A stretch of DNA of 64,000 nt, taken from the human T2T-CHM13v2.0 reference genome, Homo sapiens. Each line of letters starts with the position of its first letter. Position 1 is the first letter of the stretch. Shown one piece after another: positions 50,107-64,000 of this stretch. Below the pieces are notes generated by a model, which searched no databases, was not told the origin of the DNA, and saw only the letters and a program-made list of their open reading frames with translations. The translations under genes and the position numbers were made by a program. The stretch is from assembly GCF_009914755.1 (NCBI RefSeq), contig NC_060936.1; one strand, written 5' to 3'.

Positions 50107-53100
50107 TTTTCTATATTTCTTCTCTAGTGAATTTTTGAATTAAATTATTATACTTTTTAATTCCACAATGTTTGTTTCTTTATTTTGTAATCTCTATCTC
50201 TTCATTAATCTCTATTTGGTGAGATATTGTTATCATACTTCATATATGGTTTTCTTTAGCTCTTTGAAACTGTATCTAAGAAAATATTTAGAGAAAACGT
50301 TTTAGTGTCTTTGTCTCATAAGTCCAATGTCTGGGCTTCCTTAGGGACAATTAACTGCCTTTTTTCTCTCCATGTATAGATCATCCTTTCTTGCTTCTTG
50401 CATGTCTCACAATTTTTTGTTGAAAATTAGATAATTAAATAATATCTAATGTGGTAACTCTGGAAATCAGATTCTCCTTCTCAGGGTTTCTTCTTGTTGC
50501 TGCTCTTGTTATTTGTTTGCATAGTGACTTTCCTGAACTCTTTATGTAAACTTTGTATTCTTTTTATGTGTGGCCACCAAAGTCTCTGCATGGTTAGTAC
50601 TGGACAGCGAATGATTGGACAGTTATTTCCCTAATGCTTGGAAGCAATGAGTCTCCCAGCCTTTGCTGGTGGTCTCTGTGTGCATGATGGGGCATGCCTT
50701 CAATGCTTAGACAGGCAGTTTATAACTCTACTTTAGCTTTTAGTTCCCACTTGTACAGAGCTTAAAGCGTAGCAAGAAGTCAAAGCTTAGGTCTTCTTTT
50801 CAATTCTTTACTGAGTACTTGCATGAGCTTGGCCATCTGGAGTTCAAGGAATATGTTGGATCTTATCAAAATCCTCTATTGACATTTCATTACCTAGCTT
50901 TTCCTTTTAAGATTCTGGTCAGCTTGTTGTTTGCCCCAACTGTTACTGCCACCTCAGGCAAGCTGATGTTAAACAGTTGGCTCTGTTTGTTTTTGACAAA
51001 TGCTATCTGGGGAAAAGGTTATTGGCACTGGACAAGCTCTTAGGTCAAATAAAGACAAGTAAAGGAGTGATGTTTTCCAGGGAACTGCCAGACAGGTCAA
51101 TAATGACAATTTCTGGGAATGGGGTTTTGGAGGAGGTCCAACCCTATTTTGCCCCTCCTGGTGGCTGCTAGGCTGCTGGATTTTATTGTGATTTTTGAGC
51201 CTTCTAGTTTTCAAGGCTCTCATGGTACTGGGGATAGAGGGATGAGATTAAAATGCCATAAAACTTGCTTTTCTTAATGAAAATCAGCCATTTTTCTGTA
51301 ATATGTTCTTCCTAGATTGATGCAAGCCTTTGATTAATTTCTAGAGTTCTGAAAAAAGTTGACTTTGACAATTTTTGCCACTGTTGTTCTTGCTTTATGG
51401 AGGAAAGGATTTTTGGAGTTCCTTAACTCCACTATTCCTGCTGATGTCACTGTGTGGTATTTTGATAGCCCAAGTTCTTCTTAATGTCACCTTATCCCAA
51501 TTATACTTATATTCCACCACTTTGCTTCATGTTTATCATCTGTGGTATACAGCTTCATATAAGAGATCATTTAGGGATTATTCTAATTCAGATATGTAAA
51601 AATTTCCCATATGTAGCAAACCATTTAACAATATTAGGCATCTGCTTAGTGCTGTGAAAATTCTGCAGGATGAAAATTACAATCTGTTCCTAAATTTAGG
51701 GAGGTGTCTGCAGTATCGTTAGGAATTTATACATGTAGAAAAAGTTGAATTGTTGATTATATGAGTGAAAGAGATCTGATAAGGTAGAACGTAAGCTACT
51801 TTTATTAATAATAAGTAGTATGGTGCAGACATAGAGCATTATTAGCCATTATGTAATTTTGTTCTTAAATAATTTGAGTCAGTTTTGAATAGAGGAAATC
51901 TTCAGTTTAGGCTTGTGAATTATGGCTAAAAATTCAATTGAATTGCCAAAATGATTATACTGAATATTATTAAACACTGTGTGCTATGCCTGAACATATT
52001 ACTTGGAGAAATTAGATTTTCTGGTTAATGGAATTTCCTAGTTAAAAAAAACAACCAGAAGCCCAGTTTTTCCTTGATTTTGTGAAAATGTCTAGACATG
52101 TATTTGTGGGTTTTGATGCCTTAATTATTGAAGGTAAATGATCTCTCCCTCTGTCCCTTTTTAAAGCATTTAACTGAATGCTTATCAAGCTGTGGTACCT
52201 GGCAGTCATAATTGAGAATATTATTTTCCAGTGCTGTAGAAGAGAGTCACATGATTGGTGCCCTCAAAAAATTGGTAAGAACATGGGGTTAAAATGTAGC
52301 TGTATTGCATCTTCGGGTTCTTACGATATGAATATATGTGAGTTTTTGTGTTTTATTTAATTTATATCACTTTTCTGCATGAGGAAGACATTAATGGTTT
52401 GCAGATGTTGTAAATGATTACTAGAGATGCTTTTTCATGCTCATATTAGCCAGTCCCTGATATGCATTTATTTTGATTATTAATTTTCTGATTAAAAATA
52501 AAATGATGCATACTGGCATTTTTTGGGGAAGTAATGCTATGATATATTTCATCATTCAGAATGCAAAATTAGCAATTCCTAGTGTAAGCAATTTCAAATT
52601 TTCACACTCATCATGAATTTAAGGATGCAAAGGACCTGCTTTATATTCCTGCATTTTTTTGTGAGGGAAAGTCATGTTAGGTATTTCTAAGATGTATTTT
52701 TCTCTTCTCTTTACTCTCCTTATTACATTTGAATCATGTGTAGTTTTAAGCTAGGTATTTATTTACTTATTTGTTACCAGACAGGTGTCTCATGTTTGGG
52801 TGGTATATATTGCTGCCAAAGGCTCACCGCAAAGTTGCTCAAGGTGAAGAGAGTGGGTTTCTAGAAGTACAGCTAATTCTTCTGTAGCGTCTAGTTAGTG
52901 TAAAATATAAAAAATCAACCAAATACATTTATACACAATTAAAGGAATACTTATACGCAATTATAGGAATTTAGTAAATAAAACTTTTTAGTATCATTGC
53001 TACCATGCATAATTAACATTTTTAAGATTTATTACGTATTTACTCAGTAGAGGAACAGAATCAGTTGACATTTCTTTAGGACCCTGACATTATGGCATAT

Positions 53101-53537
53101 GAAGAATGTTGGGAGTGCCTAGACTGCCTGTTGGAAAGCCTTGGATTTTTAGTTAATGACTCGGCTAGTCTTCATAATGGTGAAGAGGAAAACTCTTTCA
53201 GATATTGCTCATAGGATGTCAGTTTTGTCAGGAATATGCTCAATTATAGAGAGAAAGGAGAGTGAAGAGAGAAGGGAGAATGAAGAGGGAAAGGCGAATG
53301 AAGGTGTGCTTCAGACTTTTTTTTTTTAACATTCAAGTCTAATAGTTATATTGAGTGGATTAAAGTCTATATGAATTAGAAGTCATTTATAGATACTGGT
53401 ACTCAATTACATATTAAGTACGGAGGTAAAAAAAAATGACAGGTTATTCATACTAAAGTCAGGATGAGATGAAAAATGTGCTGAGTATACCAGCACTTTT
53501 AATTCAAGGAAAAATGAAAATGAGTGGTTAAAACAAG

Positions 53538-53951
53538 TGTTAAAAGAAAAACTTCAGCCAAATTAAATTTAAAGGAGTTTAATTGAGCAATGAACAATTT
53601 GCAAGTTGGGCAGCTCCCAGAATTACAGCAAATTCAAAGAGACTCTATTGCAGCCACACGGTGGAAGAAGTTTTGTAGACAAAAAAGAAATGACATACAG
53701 CAATTGGAAGTGAGGTATAGAACATTTGGATTGGTTCCCTTATTTGAACACAGTTTAAACACTCAGCAGTGTATGAATGGTTGGAGTCTTTCTGCTGGAA
53801 TTGGCTAAGACTCAGCTATTGTTACAGACGCATACTCCTAAGTTAGGTTTTCAGTCTTGTCAACCTATTAAGTTAGGTTGCAATTGGTCCACAAAGACTC
53901 AAATATAGAAGTATAGAGTCCTTCTCAGGCCATATTTGGTTTGCTTTAGCA
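53538..53951 (-). mobile_element. MER57A-type 3' LTR
   Basis: TG...CA termini; homologous to 60282-60709. Confidence 0.9.
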
Positions 53952-56762
53952 GTTCTCCCCTTTTGCTCATTTTCTCAATTTTTGAGAGATTGAGCACAAC
54001 TTTAGTCATTAATGTCACAATCATTGTAGTAAATGTACTTATTTGGTCTTGAAACCCACCAGGAAACAGTAGAACAGTGAGTTTCGCAAAGGTAAGAACA
54101 AGAGTACCTCCTTATGCTGGAATGTCCTGTTTACAGGGGAAAAACAAACCAGGTCTGTTCTCCTGTAGGATCTATGTGTTTCCTTAAAGTCTTAGTTTGA
54201 TTATGTCACATTCAGCATGAGCAACTCCAGTTTTGTTTGGTTTGGTCTGTTGGGGCCTAGTGAGTGAGCTCAGTCTAAAACAATGGCCACCCATAATTTT
54301 GTTTAAAAAAATTCCACCTTTTTGGTCAGGTTCTCAGGTGAGAGTGTGACCAAAACTTAGGGCCTTAGCACCACTCTCTGTTAACATCATTTGGGTTTCC
54401 AGTCTCAGCATGTCATTCATAGGTTACAGTATCCTCATGGTCACACATTTCTTTCAGCTCTTGTCATTCCACTTGAAGAGAGACCGTTAGATATTCTAGA
54501 GATGGCTGCATGCAAACATTTAAAACCTTTGAGAGAATACAGTGCACTAGGGAGACTATTATTATGACTACGGGAGGATAATACCAAGGGTTTGGAGTAT
54601 GCTTCTTACCTAGGGTCCCCATAAACCAAACCTCCTAAACTCAAATAGATCAGAGAATGAGCTAGATAAAGAGTCTACTCACTTAACTAAGTAGTTTTTT
54701 CATTAATCCCCTGCAACTGAGTTTCTGTGATACCTGATGTTTTCTCTATAGGTCGTAAGTGCCAGTGGCTGCAGGTACTTCTGTGTTTAGCCACTTAATA
54801 CTATTTAGCATGACTTTTACAAGAGAATTTAAAGTCTGTTGTGTAACCCTAGCCTTTACAGTATATAAAGCCTATCATGCTATAGAGCCTATCATGAGGG
54901 ATACATTTCTAATCGTTGCCTCTTTTATTCCAAACCGTGGAAAAAGGACCTAACAAATGATGCCCTTCCAGGGAAGTGAAGGCCTCCAGGCAATGTTTTC
55001 TTTAACCTAGGTTGTGGGTTAAGAGGAGTGAATCAATGTTCTGTTTCTGACTGATTATGAGGCAAAGTTTCTCACTCACATTGGGCCTTCATCTTTTATC
55101 TCTCAAAGTGTAAGATTATCCATGTATAAGGCTGGCTGCAAAATTCTTCACAAATAAAAGTATATCCTGTAAGTGCATACAACAGACCTTTTTTCCACTT
55201 CTATTGTTCATAGAGACATAAGCAAGGAAGAAAATATTCAAAGATAAGAGTCTAATGATAGTAGAGAAATCTTAATCTGTGATCTTGGGAAAAGCTGTTC
55301 ACATCAAGGATGCTGTCTTCTTCTGGGGAGAAACTTCTCTGGTTAGCTTTACCTTAAGGATTTCAATGGGTGTACAGTTCCAAGAGTGTGGAGGGACCCT
55401 TCTCAGTTGTGAGATTATGAACCCAAGGTTCAAGGTTCCAAAGTTTTGTTGCAGAATGGATGGCAAGGGCAGTCTTTCTCTGATGTTCTCAGAAGATCCA
55501 GTCTTTGGATTCTGAAGGGGTTAATTGTCCTCAAAACCATAAAAAGCTTTATTGACCTGATGAAAATACACTGGGCACAATAATTTCGTGTTATAACATC
55601 AGTCCTCTTGCATGGGAAAGTTTGTATACAACCAGAAAACATGCATTGAAAATGACGAATGAAATCCCTTTATAAATGTTTAAATGGCCCATCAGGTAGG
55701 CAAATGTACCTGAAGCTTTGATTGTCTTCTGAAGAATATGGAATGGAACATTCGTTATAAACTATTTTCACAATTTATAAGTCACCACATCAATATATTT
55801 AATTTGGATCATTTTATCTTTTCCGTGATGAGTCATGGAATGCAGAACTTTTAATAATAAAAGGTTTAAGGACTCAATAAGGACAAGGCAGCTGTTCTGG
55901 TTTTTCATGAGTCCATGCTTAACATTGGACTTGATTCTCCAAATTAGGTGCATAGCACTGATAACTGATAGGTTATCATAGGTAATTTGACTTAGACCAT
56001 GGATTTTATTCAAATTGTGTATCTAAATAATTTCAGTATTTGCTCATTTAGCATGAAAATCTGGCAAAGTATTTCCTTGGTATTTAATTAATTTTTGTTC
56101 TACTTGGATTAGCAGTTTTATAACCCAGTCAGTCTTTTCATTAAAGTTCCAGGAATTCTTACCCAGTTCAAATGACATGATTCTAAAGCTATTAGAAACC
56201 TGTATTCAAGAGTACTTTTCAGGGTCCTCTCCATCTTTCATGAACCTCCTGAAAGACGCCATGCTTTTGAAATTTTGAGAAACTGCATCAGCATTAAGCA
56301 ATTAACTGTGGAAATGACTTTAAATAGTTATAATTAAAAACACAATTGACAAATTTGGTTATTTCTGTGGTCTACAATAACTTAACATAATAACTTTAAT
56401 TATGATTGATAGCATATACTCAGACATAATAGAATTTTAGAAGTCCCATACAATTTTGGAACATATATTAATATAATTCACTAAAGTATAACCTGGAGAC
56501 TAAACATTATTTTTATTTTGATAAAGTTTCCCATGTAACTTAACATGCCAAATAATCCTGTTTACCTGTCTCTTAAATGCTTCAGGGGCCCTCTGGAGCA
56601 TTCCAAAGTTGGATGTCAGAAAAGACCATTTTAAAGGTAAAATTTGATTTTGAGAAGCCTATCAAATATTTTAAAGGTTTAAAATACTTGATATTATGAA
56701 ATAGAATCCAGGTTACTGTAAGTCATTCATTTAGCCAAAATGATGATTTAAAAAATTTTTAA

Positions 56763-57178
<416 letters not shown>

Positions 57179-57506
57179 CATTATCTTTTAATAGTTCATG
57201 AAAATATTGTTCAAGAGAGAAAGCCAAATTTCACCCTTGCATTAGTCTACTATTAATGTCAATCCCAATTTTTAATAAACCTTATAAACAAATCAATTCA
57301 ATCTTGGTTTGACCATAAGGTGAGATTCTCATAAACCTTTTATAACCTTTTACAATTTTTGTGAAAGAGAAGGTTAGTGCTTTAAGAAAAACCCTGTTGT
57401 GCTTTTATTCCCATTTTCAATTTATGGAAAAGCTGAAAAATACCACTTTAAATTTGGCCAATGTGTTCACACACAGAATTTCTTTAATAACGTTAATTAT
57501 TTGTTA

Positions 57507-57803
57507 TTTCTTCTTCTTCTTCTTCTTATTTTTTTGAGACAGAGTTTCACTCTTTTGCCCGTGGTGTGATCTTGGCTCACTGCAACCTCAGCCCCTGGGT
57601 TCAAGTGATTCTCCTGCCTCAGCCCTCCGAGTAGCTGGGATTACAGGTGCCCGCCACCAGGCCTGGCTCATTTTTGTATTTTTAGTAGAGACAGGGTTTC
57701 GTCATGTTGACCAGGCTGGTCTTGATCTCCTGACCTCAAGTGATCCACCTGCCTCGGCCTCCCAAAGTGCTAGGATTATAGATGTGAGTTGCCACACCCA
57801 GCT
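57507..57803 (-). mobile_element. AluS with small internal deletion and (TTC)n tail, inside the provirus
   Basis: gagtttcactcttttgccc|gtggtgtgatc lacks aggctggagtgca. Confidence 0.9.
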
Positions 57804-60281
57804 CAAGATTTTTTATAACACTTTCACAACTTGTTTAAAACTTTAGCTTTATCTAATTTTAAACAATCCTTTAACCCTTTAAACTTTGCAAAAATTTACA
57901 TTCCCATGCTTTCTTATAATCTTTTACCAAAACACATTTCATTCTCCTCATACTTTGCATGTAAACCTATTTTTTTCAGTAGTCTCAATTATATGTTAAA
58001 ATGGTAATTCTTAGCAACTTTCACTTTTGGTGCATAAATTTCTTTTCATTAATCCTTTCATAACTTCCATAGACCATCTACAACATGCTTGTACTTTCTG
58101 ACTTGTCCTAAACATCCTTCTTTTTAAACAACCAGTCATTTTTTACTTTAGGACAATAATTTACCATACAAGATCCTTTCTTATGTAAAATCTCTTTTCT
58201 TTATAACCCTCTTTGCATAGCTAGGGAACTTGGCTAATTCCATATGTCCCCAGGGCTTTAAAGTCAAGGCAGTGTATGACCTTAAAGCATTTAACAAACC
58301 TAGTATCTGACCTGAATAATTTAGACCATATATCTTTATTTTTGCCAAAAATCTTTAAAATGTTTTATTTCCCAAAGATTACTAAATTCACTTGAACTAA
58401 AAGGCATTACAGTTTTTATTTTTCTTTCAAAATATTTAAGTGCCTATTTTTCTTTAAACCAATTAATTAGAGCTCTTTTATATAAACATTACACACACAA
58501 CACATATATAACTGCACAGACAGAAGATTATTACAGTTGTTGTAAGTTTCTATTTACCAGTTTCTAAGTTTTTAAATTGGATTACTGGCTATAGGATGAA
58601 GTCTTTGGAAGAACAGGGCCAGGAAAGGGTCTCTGGTGCCTCCTGTTTTTCCCAAGGAGTCCCAGGCTGTTAGAGCTTGAATATCTGCTTTTATTTAAGC
58701 TGACTTTTAAGCATAGGACTCTTTAATAAAAGTTCTTATAAATTTTTTATTACCTGACTTTAGCCAGGACAAACAGCTGATATTTTTGTGTTTAAAGATA
58801 GAAAAATTGAAGATGATTTGTGGAGGGTAAGATAATTAAAAAATGGTAAAGGACACCCAAATATCAAGCAGAAAGTACTCATTGCCTAAGCTGGGAATTG
58901 AACCCTGAGCCAGCAGCCATTGTGATGGCGGAGACTGAGACAGTATTGCCAAATAGTTACAAAGTCAAGCTTCCAAGGACATACAAAACAAGACGGAGTC
59001 TCATTTATTATTATTTTTTTCTTTTTCTTCTTTCAGGTATCTGCAGCAAAGGTTATTACTGACCAGTTTGCTGGGCCATCTTGAACAGCGGGCTTCCAGG
59101 GTTTTAGGCACGTATTTTGTCCTAAGGTACCCCTCTTTATGACAGAACAATACAGAAAGACTAAGCACACTAGATTCACTACAGCTTAAGACCAGCCTCA
59201 GAATTCTTTTTTGTGTTAATTAAAACTTCACAGAGGAGATAAACAGTGATTTTTACCATTCATTTAACCAGTTTGAACAGAGAAAAAGAGGCCAGAAATC
59301 TGAGTGGTAAGAAATTCTTACCCCTTTGCCAACATGCCAAGCCTCTGGGTTTCCTTTCCCTGAGTGGCCCTAGTGACCTGGCTCACCGCACCATAACCCT
59401 GAGGCCCAAGCCACAACACAAAGGAAAATTATCTTTTTCCATTCTGGCCAGTGCAAAATACGTGTGACAAAACATAGACATTAGCGAGTCTGCCTAGCAC
59501 CCAATATCAGACTGGCAGGTTTCAAAATTGCCCCCAGATGGGCCCCATCATCCCTAAATCTTTTTTAGAAGCTTCTGCATATTAATAGGCATCCCTAGAT
59601 GAGATTAATTTGGGAAACTTCATTTTTAAATGCACTTCTGTAGATTGTTGTTCACTTGGAATGTTTTACTGTAAGTTATGTTTAGTAAGATTTTGTCATT
59701 TCTGTAAGACTTCGTTGCCTCTTGGGTCTAATGTGTAAGCTGGAAGGAACTCAGTTTTCTAGAAATTAAGGATCCCATTTTTTACCTAAAATGTTGGCTT
59801 TACTCTCAGGTTCTCTTGATTAACTTAGCCAGTTCTTTTTTTTTTTTCTTACCTAAGCACACCAGAAAAATGAAACAAAGGGGTAGAATGTAAAAATCCC
59901 TGTGTGAATTTTCAAATGCCAAATTTTATAACCCCTACAATATTACAGTTTGCTACCAGTTTCTTTGTGACCCAGTCAGATGTAAGAGGCCTCTAACTGG
60001 TCCCTAGCCAGTTAATTTCTGGATCAAATCCATTCCTGGACCCAGTCCAGTTTCTGTCATGACTTCCAAACCCAGTTTGGATTAGAAATTTGGTCAAAGA
60101 AACTCAGAGAGCTCAAAACACAAATCCATGGAGTTCTGAAATCCAAGAGAGAACTTACTGCAATCCCCAGCCACTGTGAGATCAGTGGACACAAATGGGT
60201 CCTGCAGGTACCTTGCTTGTTCACTCAGTGCTCCTGGGGGTCGTTAGAAGCTCTGCTTTGGATCCCGCTTCTGACACTATC

Positions 60282-60709
60282 TGTTAAAAGTGAAGCTTCA
60301 GCCATATTAAATTTAAAGGAGTTTAATTGGGCAATGAACGATTTGTGAATTGGGTAGCCCCCAGAATCACAGCAGATTCAAAGAGACTCCAGTGTGGTGG
60401 CCACATGGTGGAAGATTTATAGACAAAAAAAGGAAATGAAGTACAGAAATGGGAAGTGAGGTACAGAACAGCTTGATTGTTTACAGGTTGGTGTTTGCCT
60501 TATTTGAACACAGTTTGAATGCTCAGCAGTGTATGAATCATTGAAATATGGCCACTGGGATTGGCCAAGACTCAGCTCTTTTACAGGCGCATACCCCTAA
60601 GTTAGGTTTTCAGTCTTGTCAACCTATTAAGATAGGTGCAGTTCATCCACAAGGACTCAGATATAGAAGTATGGAATCCCTCTCAGGCCATATTTAGTTT
60701 TCTTTAACA
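60282..60709 (-). mobile_element. MER57A-type 5' LTR
   Basis: tgttaaaag...ctttaaca; adjacent PBS. Confidence 0.9.
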
Positions 60710-60904
60710 CAAGTTTTCTATCATCTTGGGAAAATGTGAGCAAACTAGTTATTTATGTGTTTCCCTTGGTGAACAAGTCCGTTTTTTATTAATGAGGCAC
60801 TACTAGCAGACCTTTGATTGATGCATAAGCAAAGATTTACTAACTGCCAAAACTGAGTCTATGAAAGTTAAATAATGGAGAACTGAGGTATGTTGAGAAG
60901 CAAA

Positions 60905-61020
60905 ATTCAGTTTAATAGAAATCTTTATTTGAGTCCTGACTATATTTCAAGTACCTGTACTAGGCATTGGGGGATACAGGAGTAAGTGCCACTCTGGGTC
61001 TTCAAAGACCTCACAGTCAA
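60905..61020 (-). mobile_element. L2 3' terminus
   Basis: tttatttgagtcctgactat..ctgtactaggcattgggggatacag. Confidence 0.6.
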
Positions 61021-61049
61021 TTATTTAAGAGTTTTAATAAACAAATAAG

Positions 61050-62960
61050 TTATAGTGAGTTTATTGATTGGGAAGGAATGGGATCTTGAAAATTGGAATG
61101 GGGATGCATGGAAAGACCCTGATGAAGCTGGGGACTTTGAATCCCTAAATTCTGATGAGTCTTCTTTGCCAGTTGAAGAGACCCCCACACACCTAGTGGG
61201 AATGGCCTCTTTACCCACCTCCCCTCTGCCCCTCCTTTCCCCCCAGGGGAATTAATTCTGCATTGCCCAAGCAAACTGTAATGGCTTTCCCTGAGGAAGT
61301 TGGCATGCAAGACAATTCTCAAGACCTCTCCCCACCGACTCCTCTTTGTTTCTAGACCTATAACTACACTCAAGTCTTAGTAGGCCCCTAAAGATGAGGC
61401 ACAAAGTGTGACCCATGAAGACATGTACTACACTCTGAAATAAATGCTTAAGTTTTCTATTTATACAGACAAAAGTCCAGAGAACATGTGTGATCATGCA
61501 TATTAAGGGTATAGGATAATGTCAGAAGGAACATAAAGCTGGATCAGACCAAATCTATTGATATGGGCTCACTAAGCAGAGATTCTGCAGCTTGGGGAAT
61601 TATAAAAGGCTCTAACATTTTGTTTTCTTAGTTTGCTCCCATCATGAAAGGGACAGTGTTTTGTTCTTATTCCTGCTGGAGTAGACATTGAATATAGATT
61701 TCCTTTCCCTGCATGCATTGCTTCTGCCAAAACTACCAGACATGGATTTAAAGAATACCTTATCTACTATCATGGTATTAATATTACACACAGCATTATT
61801 TCTGATCAAAGAACTCACCTCACAGCAAAAGAAATGTGGCAGTGGGCCCATGTTCATGGAATTGACTGGTCTTAAGATGGTCTCTACTGTAGTGAAACAG
61901 CTGACTTGATAGAATGGTGGAATGGCTTTTTGAAGACTCAATTATGGTGCCAGCTTGGTGGCAGTGCCTTGAAAGGCTGGTGCAGGATTCTCCAGAAGGC
62001 TGTATATATGCTGGATCAGTTTCCAATATATGGTGCTCTTTCTTCCATTGCCAGGATTCATGGATCCAAGAATCAAGGGGTGGAAACAGGAGTGGCACCA
62101 GTCATTATTATCTCTAGTGACTTGCTAGCAAAATTTTTGCTTCCTGTTCCTGTGAACTTATGCTTTGATGACCTAGAGATCTTAGTTCCAGATGGTGGAA
62201 TGCTTTTACCAGGAAATAAAACAGTGATTCAGTTGAAATGGAAGATTCTAGCCTGGTCACTTTGGACTCCTCATATCTCTGAATCAATAGGCAAAGAAGA
62301 GAGTTACTGTGCTGGCTTGACTGATTGATCTTAACTACCAATGAGAAATTAGATTGCTGTTCTATAATGGAGGTAGAGTATGTCTGGAATACAGGGTATC
62401 CCTTAGGATGTCTTGGTCAGTGGAAAACTGACCAACCCAACCCAACCCAAGCAGGAGTACTATGATCCAGATCCTTCAGGAATGAAAGTTAGGGTCACCC
62501 CACTGGGTAAACAGTCACAACCAGATGAGGTGATTGGTGAAGGCAAAGCAAATACAAAATAGGCAGTGGAAGAAGATAGTTATTAATACCAGCTATTAAT
62601 ACAGAAACAAGGCCTGTAATTGTCATGTGTATTTCCATCTTATTTTGTTATGTTTGTGTGTGTGTGTGTTTGTTTTCTGTCCTCTTTTATTCCCTTGTCA
62701 TGTAATATAAGATAGTTCGACTATATATAATAGTATTTAAGTATTGTTTGCTTTACATCATAGTGTTTAAATTACAGGATATCAAGGGAAATAGAAATGT
62801 CATTCAAAATCTTTACTTTCTCTTCTTGGAAAGGGGCTAATACATTTCCAGTTGTAGTCAGGATAGTTGCATCACGTTAGGTGGAATTATGACCTTGTTA
62901 TTTTCTTTATTTGGAGACTAAATATGATTTGAGGAGGTGCAGATGTGTGCCAAGTGGACT
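61050..62960 (+). mobile_element. ERVL (HERVL/ERVL-B4-like) internal remnant: gag, integrase and dUTPase fragments
   Basis: LIGKEWDLENWNGDAWKDPDEAGD (gag); integrase-like ISDQRTHLTAKEMWQWAHVHGIDWS..IEWWNGFLKTQL; dUTPase-like LEILVPDGGMLLPG; frameshifted. Confidence 0.88.
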
Positions 62961-63484
62961 TGTGATGCTTAATTTTATGTGTCAACTTGACTAGGCCATG
63001 AGGTACTCACAGATTTGATTAAACATTATTCTAGGTATGTCTTTGAGAGTATTTTTGGATATTAACATTTGAATTGGTAGACTGAGTAAAGCATATTTTC
63101 CTCCTTAATATGGGTAGCCCTCATCCACTCAATTGAATATGTGAGTAGAATGAAACAGTTGTATAATAAGAAACTGCTACTTCTTGACTGCTTGAGCTGG
63201 AATGCCAGTCTTCTCTTGTACTTGGACTGTAACTTACACTATTGGCTTTTCTAGTTCTCAGGCCATTGGACTCAGACTAGAACTTACACCATCAGCTTTC
63301 CTTGTTGTCAGGCTTAACATTATTGATTCTCCTAGCTTTCCAGCTTGCTGACTGCATATCTTTGGACATCCTGGCTTCTATAATCTTGTGAGCCAATTTC
63401 TGAAATTAATGTTTCTCTCTTTATTTATATACACACATATACCTCCTCTTAGTTCTCTTTTTCTGGAGAACCCTGATTAATATG
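62961..63484 (+). mobile_element. MLT2-type 3' LTR of the ERVL
   Basis: tgtgatgcttaattttatgtgtcaacttgactaggcca...ctggagaaccctgattaata. Confidence 0.9.
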
Positions 63485-64000
63485 CTTACCAAAAAAGTAG
63501 AAAATTAGTTGATTATTTCCTCTTCCAGTATAACCAACAGTTTGTGGTTGGCATGATGTAATGTCAGATATGAAGCTAATAAAATTTTGAAATAATGTAG
63601 GATTATCTTACCACTGTATCTATTAAGAAGAGTGGCCTTTAGCTTACTTCATAATTTGCCTTTATTCTTTGTAGTATCCCAAAGGCAACTTAAGAAATAA
63701 ATGACTAAATACTATGTAAAAGGAAGATGAAAAAAAGTGAAATGCTTAAAATGCTTAGTACAAGCAGAATTTATAGTAAATATTTTAGAAAGCCAGACAT
63801 AGACAGAAGCAGTGGATGTACACTGTCAAGTATATGAACATTTAACAAAAGTGACACATACCTGCTGTGGCTTCAATATATTTGGTAATTCTCAGGAATT
63901 GATACATCTTTTTTAATTTTCACCACAATGCCATTTTAGATTATTGAAGATAGTCATTATGCCCGTTTTCCCTGTTGAGGGCTAAAATGTTAATCAGATA

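Larger units (their letters stand above)
46780..51450 (-). mobile_element. L1M (L1MC/L1MD-like) 5'/ORF1 region, interrupted by AluJ and SVA
   Basis: aatccatttacaattaatg, ttccactgcctctggcctcc, gagcttcttagatgtatag, ggtaactctggaaatcagattctcc, ggaactgccagacaggtc. Confidence 0.8.

Noticed and set aside
51150-51166. CTCF-like motif gccaccaggaggggca (minus)
   Set aside because: Mismatches at core positions and located in an old L1; not supportable from sequence alone
61906-62328. 140-aa integrase/dUTPase ORF as a domesticated gene
   Set aside because: Partial, catalytic region disrupted upstream, surrounded by stops and frameshifts

Overview
This is AT-rich, repeat-dense hominoid (human or great-ape) genomic DNA, identified by AluY/AluS/AluJ, THE1/MST, LTR12 and an SVA element. 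I find no credible protein-coding exon; the ORF-track hits are repeat-derived, pseudogenic or random. The left ~38 kb is intergenic, with nested LINE/SINE/LTR fossils and a 5'-truncated processed pseudogene of IFT57 (~13.0-14.0 kb). A CpG-island promoter at ~38.4-39.4 kb carries an E-box, GC box, E2F-like and ETS sites and an ATG-less first exon ending at a perfect CAG|GTAAGT donor (38744, + strand). From memory this may be CCDC91, which I could not verify. The rest is probably intron 1. It contains an antisense LTR12, an antisense SVA, a complete two-LTR MER57-type provirus and a deleted ERVL/MLT2 remnant. I see no new biological system. The most unusual items are structural: an SVA inside a ~40-bp poly(A) micro-insertion (nested TSDs), a trimeric Alu within one TSD pair, an ancient ~3-kb tandem duplication with a well-preserved core, a tRNA-Glu-like remnant inside the provirus, and several small fold-back insertions. 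Repeat subfamily names come from recalled consensus sequences, and old-repeat boundaries are approximate.
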